Assembly: GCA_040437565.1 (NCBI GenBank)
Contig: JBDOQK010000074.1
Span: 1-64,000 of the forward strand
Length of the DNA: 64,000 nucleotides
Origin: Albugo candida
Taxonomy: Eukaryota
Reading direction: 5' to 3'
Numbering within the stretch: position 1 is the stretch's first letter; each line of letters starts with the position of its first letter. The position numbers were made by a program, and so were the translations under genes. Below, one piece after another: positions 13,044 through 24,261 of the stretch. The notes under the pieces were generated by a model. That model was not told the DNA's origin. It worked only from the letters and a program-made list of their open reading frames with translations, and did not search any database.

Positions 13044-13308
13044 GTATCCACTGAGCAAGTCATTTTTCTCCGCATCTTTACGTACGAAAACCCCGTGCTT
13101 CATGGACTTAGTATGACATGCTGCATGTAGACATGACAGTGACATGCCGCATGAAGACATGATAGTTGGAGGCTGTATATAGTCTTTAGTTTAAGCACGT
13201 TAGGCATTACACCTTTTGAATACATTCTCATTTTTACCAACCTCTCCACAAGCCTTCCTAACAAGACGTGCGGGGCCGATATCCCCTCTTCTAGCCAAGG
13301 GCGTTTCA
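13044..13308. repeat. Right arm of terminal inverted repeat (element 5' end)
   Basis: Reverse complement begins TGAAACGCCCTTGGCTAGAAGAGGGGATATCGG; carries an extra 26-bp tandem unit (13114-13139 / 13140-13165). Confidence 0.9.
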
Positions 13309-15040
13309 ATGGATTTCAAATGTATTGTGATCACGAGAATCTCCTTCGCATTTTTGGTCCGGAACAAAACAAAAAGAAGAACTCTGTTGGAAGACTCCAT
13401 CGATGAAGCATGAAACTGATGTCGTTTGACTATGAGGCTTATCATATCGCAGGAATTGTGAATGTATGGGCAGCTATCCTTTCTCACTGGTTAGATGCAC
13501 CAGATGAGCGTAAGTCAGTAGATAGGCTGAGTAGAAAAACCAACTTCCGTCTCCGACCAATATACTCCTATAAGCCAAACTACCAGGAAACAGGCCCCTG
13601 ACAGCATATAAAGTTATAGCGAACATGCAGAAGACATATTTTCACGGTGGGGTTACCGGTTTGAGATTTTGCAAGTTAAAACAAGTTTGGGAGAAAGAGG
13701 GTCTTATTTAGATCCTCAATCAAGATGTGGGAGTCACTATTCGGGTTCTGATTGTTGAACACCATGGTAGTGCAGGACATTGGGGTTTAACGCTTTATCG
13801 TTTGTGCTGGAAAGAAAGTTTTGGCTGCATCAGCTTTAAGCCAAGTGCAACGAGCTTGTGCAAACTGTCTTATCTGGTTACAAACCAAGACAGGAAAAAT
13901 TATACCAATCAATGTACGTGGACATTCCAAAAGTAATGCGAGATCACACTCGAATTACTACTTTGTTGGTCCATCGAATAATGGTGAGCGATGCTCGTTT
14001 TTAAAGATGCTTCCAGTCATTATTGTTTATTACATACTCGTAAAAACCCGAGTGCCTAACATGCTGATTAGTGCATGATTGAATGGAACTCGCTATTTGC
14101 GATGGCAAAAAATTGGGCAAGTGATAGTTGAACTCTCTCCAAAAGAAAGTGATCGCTGAGCTCGCTCGTCTTACCGGACCCTCATGCGAATATATTCTTA
14201 CGTATTGTCATGAAAAGAATGAAAGTGTAGAGCGCATCAATAGGGATTTATTACAGTGGCTGAGGGCTATGGGGGCAGAAATGAAACTGGATATGACGAA
14301 ATGGTCTGACAGTATCTCGAGTGTCATGAGAATATTGATACAAAATCCTCGTCAGCCGGTAGCTGGAAGAACTGCTATTGAATGTTTTGCAGTATTGAAG
14401 CCAGATGCTTTACTAAATCGTATTTTTATGATTTATGATATGGCTGTCCCGATAGCAGTGTAAATCCGTACATGTAATGAAAGCTGCAGATTTTGCACGA
14501 GCTACTACTGAATACTCATTTGGAGATTGCTGATGAAGCGGAGAGGAGACAACACAAGAGTCAAGTGATTCAGAGAGGCGTGCAACTTAAGGTATTTAGT
14601 GTTGGTAATATGGTTCTTTGGGTGTAAGTCGACATGAAACTAAATTCGCATAACCTTAGGGTTCATTGGCTAGGCTTCTGTTGAGTTATAGAATGCAAAG
14701 AATATCCATGTGAAATATAGACTAGTTCACAAGCCGTGCAAACGAAGCTCGCTGCAGTCACTTAAAACCCTATTGCAGCTCGGAGCTAGGGGCAAATAAA
14801 GACATGGTGGCGCACGTATTCAACCAAAATTAGAATATGATGCTGGATGTGGAGTCGATCTGCGGTCATCGTAAACTACAGAAGAAATGGGAGCTACAGA
14901 TCAAATGGTAGGGTCTCGAAGAGGTGGAGGAGGAGGCATCATGAGAACCTTATGTATCTTAAAGCGAATTGTGCTTGCTCTACTCTCGCGATATCGTCAG
15001 AGTTGTGACTCAAGACATTAGATTCCCATTTTGGGAGTAG
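13309..15040 (+). mobile_element. Host gypsy element, 3' part: rest of RNase H, integrase, chromodomain
   Basis: GFQMYCDHENL immediately after the insertion, YHIAGIVNVWAAILSHW (ORF 13410-13601), EHHGSAGHWG and CANCL..KTGKIIP zinc-finger remnants, NESVERINRDLLQWLRAM (14128-14463), chromodomain DVESICGHR..WELQIKW*GLEE..S*EP (~14846-14950). Confidence 0.85.
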
Positions 15041-15352
15041 TGTGGTAAAAAATGGCCATTTAAAGGAAACCAATCGGATATGTAACGTACAGTATATGTA
15101 CGTCATTTTGTTCAGGTCAGTACTCTACAAGTAGATGTGTGGCATAGATCAGCTAGGTTCATATGTATTGATCAATAAACCAATGGCTGTGGGAAGCTGT
15201 TTCTTAAGGCTTAGACTAACTAGTATAGTGAACTAAGGATCATCGGAAAATAATAAACATACAGCTTATCTTTATACTGATTAGTAGTGTTTCTGAATTA
15301 TTTCAGCCATCTGATCAAGGGCATCGAGTAGTTTAATCCGGAGACCACCACA
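15041..15352 (+). repeat. Probable 3' LTR of the chromodomain gypsy element
   Basis: Follows purine tract GGGAGTAG (15033-15040); starts TGTGGT and ends ACCACA (6-bp terminal inverted repeat). A partner LTR is not seen in the window. Confidence 0.7.
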
Positions 15353-16863
15353 GGTGTCAAATTGTAGCCAGTATTCCCAAACTTTTGGTGATGATTGATC
15401 CTGCTGCAGATATTGGGCATACCACGAAACATTATATGTCGAAAGAGCGCAACTGTTGATGTGGAAAGCCGCGTGCAGCAGNNNNNNNNNNNNNNNNNNN
15501 NNNNNNNNNNNNNNNNNNNNNNNNNNNNNNNNNNNNNNNNNNNNNNNNNNNNNNNNNNNNNNNNNNNNNNNNNNNNNNNNNATTTTGTTCAGGTCAGTAC
15601 TCTACAAGTAGATGTGTGGCATAGATCAGCTAGGTTCATATGTATTGATCAATAAACCAATGGCTGTGGGAAGCTGTTTCTTAAGGCTTAGACTAACTAG
15701 TATAGTGAACTAAGGATCATCGGAAAATAATAAACATACAGCTTATCTTTATACTGATTAGTAGTGTTTCTGAATTATTTCAGCCATCTGATCAAGGGCA
15801 TCGAGTAGTTTAATCCGGAGACCACCACAGGTGTCAAATTGTAGCCAGTATTCCCAAACTTTTGGTGATGATTGATCCTGCTGCAGATATTGGGCATACC
15901 ACGAAACATTATATGTCGAAAGAGCGCAACTGTTGATGTGGAAAGCCGCGTGCAGCAGAATGGGAACAGCGATTTATCGAAACCTACACAGAAAATTGGC
16001 TAGGACCACAATACCAAACACATTAAGCTCTTTATTTTTCATCTACTTTTGAGCTCATCAGCAGGCTAGGAGGCCAATGGCAAACGTGTCGACTCCTCGC
16101 TAGCACGCAAAGTCGCCGAGACGAACGTATCCAATCTGAACGCGGCCGCTAACCCACTCGAGCTGCACGAGGGAGACGCAATCGTTATTGGGCGAGTTCA
16201 AGGCCCCAGATAGCAGGGGTCGTATCTCCGAAGCATGCTCTGAGACAATAGACCGGCTTGAGGGACTCCTCGTAGGGATGGCGCAGAAGCAAGCACATTT
16301 ATGGCATTCCAGCTGAAGATAAAAGATGAGCTAAGTCTACGGGCTGAAGCTGCGCACACGTCAACCCCTGTGAACATATTATACGGTTGAAACGCGCTCA
16401 CGCGCACTGGCTTTATCGAAGCGCGTGGCCAGAGGATGAGGAGCATCTCACTCGATGAGCCGATCGATGCCAAATGACGTGCCGTCGCAACAGGAGTGAC
16501 AATGTCGGCCGGCAAATCCGTCGAAGTATTTTGCGCAAGCGGATGAATACGGGCTCAAGATACCAAAGCCTAGGGACCTGTATTGTACCGGCTTTGCTAA
16601 CTTCACCGGTAAGGAAACATTTTCAGGTATAAGCGCCAACTTCAAGACGTGTAGAATTCGTTTCCTATAGCGAAACAGCATCGCTGATGAGCTGGGGTGA
16701 TTGGCCGAAGAGTTCAAGGTCCTCGCGCTGAATGGTAAGGGAGATAGCGTGGCACTCAATTACTTCGAGGAGATGTGGACTGTATGGTTGGCGGTGTCAA
16801 ATGCACTCGAGAACGTCATGAACAACATGCTGATGCTGTAAAGGGAAAAGGATCACAACAAGA

Positions 16864-16912
16864 CGTGGCCCGAGCACTGCTAGTACCTAGTACTAGTAGT
16901 GCTCGGGCCACG
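16864..16912. other. 49-bp near-perfect palindrome/hairpin
   Basis: CGTGGCCCGAGCACTGCTAGTAC-CTA-GTACTAGTAGTGCTCGGGCCACG: 23-bp stem with one G:T pair and a 3-nt loop. Confidence 0.9.
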
Positions 16913-17789
16913 ATAAGGAAGGTAATTACAGAACTAGATAAACACTGTAATAATATCCTTGACAAACTACCTAGTTTACATGGCAGATCGGTCGGGTAGC
17001 TCGGAGAAGAGTGCGCTGAAATGCCTACAAGAGTCGACTCCAGTGCATATATAGAGCGCTATATTAACTCTGCTGAATGGGGAGCTACAGTATTACCTTG
17101 TGCAAGCCGCCGAGCTTGTAGCTTTTACGACGATGTCGACATCAGTATGAGAAAGCCGAAAAGTGACAAGTAGAGCAGCTTAGTTGGATGACCATGGCGC
17201 GAGAAATGAGGTCGATGCTCCGGCGGTGTGCGAAGCCACAATTTTGGCATGGGTAGGAAAAACCGAGTCACGTACATGTGATGGATGCAGCGATACTAAG
17301 AACATTGAAGCCAGGCGCCGTAGAACTTGTAGTCCACCATCTTGTCGGCGAAGATATAAAAACTCTTTGCTGAGTAGGTGAACATGTTTTGAATCTTTTT
17401 TGNNNNNNNNNNNNNNNNNNNNNNNNNNNNNNNNNNNNNNNNNNNNNNNNNNNNNNNNNNNNNNNNNNNNNNNNNNNNNNNNNNNNNNNNNNNNNNNNNN
17501 NNGGTACTTTCCACGTCATCACACAGGGGTGATGACTGATCAACAATCATACAATCACCCAAAACAGGGTGACTCATGAGGGTTGCCACGTCACTACAAG
17601 TGGACGCTAGCACCCTTGGTTGTGTCGATATGTCGACTTGAACCATTGTTTTCGAGAGGAAGGAGTTGAAAAAGGTTTTTTTTGGAGTTGTTTTACTAAA
17701 TTGGCGGGTTACTTAGTAGCCGGCAAATTGAGAAGTCGAGAATGATAGCCTCGTTTGCAGTCCATATGGTTGAATCCTTACTCTCGGCA

Positions 17790-17873
17790 ATTAGCCAATC
17801 ACATCAAAATGTGTCCAACATTAGCCAATCATATCAAAATGAGGGGATTTTACCAAACGCACTGAGGGGATTT
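17790..17873 (+). promoter_or_regulatory. Tandem CCAAT-box repeats and TGAGGGGATTT repeats (promoter-like)
   Basis: ATTAGCCAATCA(C/T)ATCAAAATG at 17790 and 17820; TGAGGGGATTT at 17840 and 17863. Function inferred only. Confidence 0.4.
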
Positions 17874-18574
17874 GAACGGTTCCCTATCTAAGGATGGGGT
17901 TAAAACAAATTCCGCAATTCGATCAAACAAACATTGTTTTATACATGTTTTATACAAGGACCATTTGTCTTTTTCCACCATGTGGGTTTCTTGCTCCTGA
18001 AGAGGGAAAAAACACCATACAAATTAGCAAAGCCAATGCCTCGCCCTCATGATCCTATCTGGTTGCTCTTTGGTCCCAAGTATAAGGATCCTAATGGGTA
18101 CAAAAGAATAGAAGGAGTGCGATGTAATGCCTGTAGCAAGTCAGTCGTTGCCTTGGCGCAACGGCTGAAGGACCACTCAAAAAAGTGTTCCGCTAGGGGC
18201 AGAGACAGAATTGGTAGACTGCCACCTTCGAGCGAAGTTTCATCAGGCAGGTGGTAGCAATATCAGGAGCACTATAGGTAACAGTAGCGGCGTGGTGACA
18301 GTTTCAAACAGAGTTGAGACTACTTCAGAGTCACCAAGTGGTCTGAGTCAAAGCTCTCAGCANNNNNNNNNNNNNNNNNNNNNNNNNNNNNNNNNNNNNN
18401 NNNNNNNNNNNNNNNNNNNNNNNNNNNNNNNNNNNNNNNNNNNNNNNNNNNNNNNNNNNNNNCTTACTCTCGGCAATTAGCCAATCACATCAAAATGTGT
18501 CCAACATTAGCCAATCATATCAAAATGAGGGGATTTTACCAAACGCACTGAGGGGATTTGAACGGTTCCCTATC

Positions 18575-21276
18575 TAAGGATGGGGTTAAAACAAATTCCG
18601 CAATTCGATCAAACAAACATTGTTTTATACATGTTTTATACAAGGACCATTTGTCTTTTTCCACCATGTGGGTTTCTTGCTCCTGAAGAGGGAAAAAACA
18701 CCATACAAATTAGCAAAGCCAATGCCTCGCCCTCATGATCCTATCTGGTTGCTCTTTGGTCCCAAGTATAAGGATCCTAATGGGTACAAAAGAATAGAAG
18801 GAGTGCGATGTAATGCCTGTAGCAAGTCAGTCGTTGCCTTGGCGCAACGGCTGAAGGACCACTCAAAAAAGTGTTCCGCTAGGGGCAGAGACAGAATTGG
18901 TAGACTGCCACCTTCGAGCGAAGTTTCATCAGGCAGGTGGTAGCAATATCAGGAGCACTATAGGTAACAGTAGCGGCGTGGTGACAGTTTCAAACAGAGT
19001 TGAGACTACTTCAGAGTCACCAAGTGGTCTGAGTCAAAGCTCTCAGCAGCAACAACAACTTACCAAGAGAAGCAACAGGGTAACAAATGGTGAAATTACT
19101 GCATTTGCAGACTCTGTCTCTCTCGAACAGCAAACCAGACTGGAAGGACTGTTAGCTAAGGCAATACATCGCTCTAGCCTACCATTCGCAGTGTTTGAAA
19201 GTGCAGACTGGTATGAGTTCTTCCTAGCTGTTCGCCCTGGTCCAAGGATCCCTAGCCGAGAGAATATTGGAGGGGAATTGTCGATGGTGAATACCAGAAC
19301 TTTATGCGAGACACGCTGACAGAGATATCAGAATTGCAGATGATATGCTTTTCGATTGACGGCGCGACCAAAGTATAAGAAACTGCTCAATCTTATGGCT
19401 TGTGGACCAAAATCCCTGTTCCTGGAACACTTTACTATGGAGTTGCGGCGTGAAGCCTCTAAAAATTTAAAGGAAAGGTGCTAGATTGCCAGAGCCGCCT
19501 AAAGGTGTCATCGGACAAAATTATTACGCCTCCAAATGAGAACAACATACTCGAGGGTATTGGAACCAATCAATTGATGTGGTCTTTCGTATCTGACTCT
19601 CCGAATGTCATAAAGAAATTAAGAAAGATGCTGCGTAGCTCAGAATCATTTGCAGTAGTGTTTGGATGTGCACCACATGCCCTCAATAACTTTTCTCTGA
19701 TTTTTTGAAGCTCGAAGTGCCCTCCCAAACTCTGAAAAAAGCAATGTTCATCGTGAAAAATCTCCGATGCATACATCTTGTCCAATCGCTCTTTGGTCAG
19801 CTCTGTGACGAAACATTTCACCGACAGTATACATTGATGCTCTTCACGCGTACCCGATGGTCGACAGCACATTTAATGTTTGCGAGACTGAATTATGTGA
19901 AGCCAGTGGTTACATCAATCGCTGCAGCAGTCCCTCACGATGACCGCTTCGATGAAGTGTCAGTGCCTGATGCTTTGCTTGGTGAAATTATGAACACGTC
20001 ATTCTGAAGAAGGTGCGCGTCCATGGAAGTCTTCATGAAGCCCATCTGCGATTGCTTTGCTTACTTGGAGGGCGATGAGGCGACCTTTTCTGCAGTGTAT
20101 GCCTGTTTTCTCTATCTAAAGTTTAGGTTATCAAAGCTCAAAAGAAACTCTAGAGACATTCTCGCGTTTGATGACGCAGCACTTGATCAGTTGGATAAGC
20201 ATTTAGAGAGCAGCTCAAGGATATATACAGCCCGGCGCATGCCTTGGCCTTTCGAACCGATCCTCTCTTTGACGACATGAGAGACAGACTTCGCAAGGAA
20301 AATGTCAATGAATTCATGGGGATGGGTCTAGGCAGCGTTTCTCATCAGTGTCGGTAGGCCCTAAAGCAGATTGCACCAGAGGATGCGGTCGAGATAGTTC
20401 TGGGTTAGTGGGCAAGGTATTGCATCAGAAAGCCGAAAAGCACAGACTTAGTTGCTATAGCACGGACTACGAAACCGGCACTGTTGTGGTCGCAGATGCA
20501 GGACAAGTATCCCAATCTTGCGCCGCTATTAGTTCAGGTACACAGTAATCCTAGTTGTGATGGTGGCGGTGAACGCGGCCACAAAATTGCAATGCGTGTG
20601 CACAGCAATACAAGGACTCGGCGTGCAGGAGGGAAAGTGGAGAGAAGCAGATCTTTGTGAGCTTCAATGCTAAGCAAACATCTCGTAGTTTAGGAGACTA
20701 CAGAAATGAGACAATCTTGGAAGCTACGGCAACTCTGAAGGCAACTCCTGAGGAGCAGGAGGCGGCTTATAATTCATCGGCTTCCAACGAGGGCGAGAAC
20801 ATCGGTGCAACGGCGCACTGTAGCACCGATATTGACGATCAGGATGTTGACAGTGGGGATACCAACGCCATGGAGGATGAAGGGCTGATTGGACTGCTCG
20901 ATGGAATTGCACAGCCGTCTGCCTTTTCAGATATGCAGCTGTTTGGATAAGGGGAGGAAGCAATTACGGAAAACCTCAACAACAGTAGAGCAGGAATCCA
21001 CCATTTGGCGATGACAGAAATTGTTGAAGCAGTTTCTGGTGGTGGCCAAGGATCCAGGAAGAGGAAACACTCGCAGCTGACCAAGTCCTCCTCCTCTGAC
21101 GAGAACTCAAAGAGCAGTGATAAAGGTAACAACTCCGATAAAGATGATGAGTGAGAACCCCAAAATAGTAATGATTAGGCGAATAAAACCCAAAAAAATG
21201 TCTGATTCAATTGGACGTACAAAACATGTAACAAACACGTTGTATAACACAGGTGTTTTAAACATGCACATCCTTA
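18575..21276 (+). mobile_element. hAT DNA transposon with both ends, decayed transposase
   Basis: TIR TAAGGATG (18575) / CATCCTTA (to 21276); 8-bp TSD TCCCTATC at 18567-18574 and 21277-21284. BED finger W..F..CNAC..LKDHSKKC, LPFAVFES..F..VRPG..PSR, FVSDSPN..CAPHALN, TRWST, dimerisation-like LWSQMQDKYPNLAPL..ER. Stops and frameshifts present. Confidence 0.92.
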
Positions 21277-21527
21277 TCCCTATCATTATCAAATATGGAC
21301 ATGGGGAAGAAACTAAAACGTTGTCCTATGCGAAGATGAATGTGCCAGAATGAATGCTATCACGTCGGTTCCAATTTACTGTACCGTTTCACTTTACCAT
21401 GTGGTTTTCCCATTGTAAATGGGCCATTGATGACGCCAGTATGTGTACTAATTCACTGTGTCATCTTTTGTTTCAAACACATGTTCAATTTCTTTCGTTT
21501 CCCCTTTCTCATTTATCATCTTTCGAA

Positions 21528-22196
21528 ATGGCACGCAAGGGGAAGAAGACGAACGGACACACGATGACAGAGAAGCCGTCGATGACTGAGGTGGCAGAGT
21601 CTACGTTTGCCAACTACGAGCCAATACTGGATTTGTGTGATGATCGTCCCGAGCCAACAGTGCCTGCTTGCGGGATACCAAAGAATGTGATCGCGGCAAT
21701 GATAGCTGCTGGCGCCAAGAAAGAGCAATTGGAGGGAGAGGATTTGTGTGTTCTGCGCGTTGAGAGTGTGGATTCGGAAGCTTGGAAATTGTATGAAGAC
21801 TGGGCTTCCTCTCTTGGAGAGGTTGATCCCATGGTAGTGGCTCACTATGCTCCGCCGCTTCATTTACGGCGCACGCTTCTTTGCCCTCCGCGAGCGTTGG
21901 TTGCTGACATTTTGGACGAAGCCAACAGCATCATCAACTTATTTGCGCCTCTTGTCATGGAGGACTTAGCCGAAGGGATTCCAGCGCTTCTCGCAGCTTT
22001 CACACCTCTACCGGCTCCAGTGGCTCCGATCAACATTCACCACGCCAAAGCTGCCGTCATTGCCTTGCAGCGTGCGATTCGCAACCCAGGTCCAACCTTC
22101 CCGGTGATCAACGGATTGCACAGAGGACTCTACATATGTCAAGTGGAGTACACTTGGAGCGGTGTTATTGTCGTTGTGTCGATCTTTCGATTGTGA
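21528..22196 (+). CDS. Hypothetical protein (~222 aa, MARKGKK...)
   Basis: Open frame 21354-22196; likely ATG at 21528 after a pyrimidine-rich TCATTT..TCTTT initiator-like stretch; no recognisable domain. Confidence 0.5.
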   Translation: MARKGKKTNGHTMTEKPSMTEVAESTFANYEPILDLCDDRPEPTVPACGIPKNVIAAMIAAGAKKEQLEGEDLCVLRVESVDSEAWKLYEDWASSLGEVDPMVVAHYAPPLHLRRTLLCPPRALVADILDEANSIINLFAPLVMEDLAEGIPALLAAFTPLPAPVAPINIHHAKAAVIALQRAIRNPGPTFPVINGLHRGLYICQVEYTWSGVIVVVSIFRL

Positions 22197-24261
22197 AAGG
22201 TATCTTCCGCAAGATTTCAAAACAGCATTTCCGTATACCTTCCTCATAAATTACTTTGATTTGATTATCTCGGGATGTCCAGAATGTCTTGTTCAGTAAG
22301 TGAGCTCCATTTGTCTGCTTGAGTTCCTGTACCCACCCAGACCGCTCGTGAATCTTATAACAAGAATACTCTACGAGTGCTCTAAGTCCACGAAATAAAC
22401 AAACATTTTGTCCGACTTTATAATAAAGTCAGACAAAATGACGTTGTGAAATAGAGATATGGCGAGAAACCAGACTTGTTGGATGATGACGCATATGGTG
22501 GAAAGTTCATTGCATTTTAAAGAGAAAACGAATGCGTAATGGTGACACTCTTCAGGCCAAGTTCCACTCAGGGAGAAGGTGGACACTGTAGGTAAACTTT
22601 ACTCCTTATTACGTAGTTTTGATTACTTTACACACAAGAGCAGCATTACTTTTGTTACTTTATTTTGGTACTTTAGTTGCCTACCTGTACGGTATAACAA
22701 ATCTTTCATCTGCGTTACCGACCTAGATCCTACTTTCTACCTGACTTGCATAAAGTACGAGATTCCGTTCGATAAATCATAAGTGATGGTAAAAGTTGCG
22801 CTTTTGGTATAAGTACAACGACAGGAATTACACACGGGGAGACAGTTGGCAGTGCTGGCACGTTCGCGTGATTGAGGCAATTGGGTCTATGAAGCACCCA
22901 TTACCGACGTGGGAACAGCCGTTACCCTCTGGAAAGCATCGCAGCCGAACATTCCTTTTCCAGCCGTTTCTCTCCAACATTATTTAATTTTTGAGTGTAA
23001 CGTCTGAGCTAACCCTCACGGAATATCTGTGCTCCTTCGTTTCATTCTATGGACTACTGTACAGAAGCAGTTTCCCCTTCGAATAACAAAAGGTGGGTAT
23101 AAATGTGCCATCCCACTTTGTAGAATACAATAACGGAATGGGTTCATGCGTGTCTCTCTCCTCTACCGTTACTTTATGGAACAAAACAGCAGGTGTGGAC
23201 TTGTAGCATTCTGGGCGTAGAGAGAGACGCACATACCCCACGTCACCATCATCTAGACAAAATATTCTCTTTTTTTTTCTAGTTGCTACTATCTTTTTGC
23301 ACCCTGTCGCGGTTGTTTCTAGAACNNNNNNNNNNNNNNNNNNNNNNNNNNNNNNNNNNNNNNNNNNNNNNNNNNNNNNNNNNNNNNNNNNNNNNNNNNN
23401 NNNNNNNNNNNNNNNNNNNNNNNNNCAAATCAGAAAGCATTCTTATCAGTAACACACCACACACAAACAATATGATGATGACTATCTCATCACACATACT
23501 GCCGTCTATCTTATCAACACGACCATCCTCCCATTCACCCTCGCAAATCTCCAATGCGCACAAGGGTCTAGTCACAAACGCTCTTGGAGTGACGCGTCCA
23601 ATGACTGTCGAAAAGAAGTATCAACTTTGGTTCAAGATGCGAAAACGGGATCTCACCAAAGAAGAAAGTCAAGAGTGATGCATCAAGCTGCAAGAATATT
23701 ACGAGGAAAGACACCTTCGAGATGGAAGCAATGAAGCGTGTACCTGGGGAAGAGGCTCGTGAACAAGAGAGTCATCAGCTACCGGAAGGGGCCAATACCT
23801 CAGATGACTCGAGTATGAGCCCGATTCCGTTTGAAGTGGACTCAGATGCGCAATTGTTGGGCGATGAAATATGTATACTGAATNNNNNNNNNNNNNNNNN
23901 NNNNNNNNNNNNNNNNNNNNNNNNNNNNNNNNNNNNNNNNNNNNNNNNNNNNNNNNNNNNNNNNNNNNNNNNNNNNNNNNNNNCGGACCATTCCTTCTCC
24001 AGCCTCCTACACAATGCAACAGCATCAAGGATTCATAGTTCACATAATATCATCCAAACACTTACCAGAAATAGCCTTTTAAGTATAAATGTGTGTTCAA
24101 CTCCATGTGTTGTGTTTGTTGCCCTCCATATCTCACCGTGACTTCCAGCATCGAATTTTTTGCGCAAGCGATAATGTTCGTTTATATAGACCAAGTGTAT
24201 GTCTTCGATCTGACACTACAAGGGTCTTCAGCATTAGATGCATTCTCGTAATTATATGCAA

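Larger units (their letters stand above)
7298..13308 (-). mobile_element. Gypsy-like retroelement (gag-PR-RT-RH-INT) bounded by long imperfect inverted repeats, nested in the RNase H of the host gypsy
   Basis: Gag fragments ~13000-11300, protease FAALLDTGTSRSIV (ORF 11089-11295), RT with LPMG and YLDD (ORF 9970-10791), RNase H FHVYADAS (9587-9934), YIEGEKNAGADAFSR (9414-9608), integrase VHVDLIGPY..IIDQATRW..QGTEF..ANAVCERVH (7823-8233), GPF..HTNGTVTI (7541-7732). Ends read TG..CA. Frameshifted. Span is inflated by two gap-flank duplications. Confidence 0.9.

Noticed and set aside
15105-15958. Apparent second LTR copy
   Set aside because: Gap-flanking duplicate of 15105-15481, not a partner LTR.
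16864-16940. Hairpin plus downstream CTAG as a Helitron 3' end
   Set aside because: Stem is longer and spacing larger than typical, CTAG is not followed by T, and no Rep/helicase remnant is seen.
17777-19048. Two hAT 5' ends with BED-finger ORFs (17934 and 18620)
   Set aside because: Identical sequence either side of the gap at ~18363-18462; one real copy.
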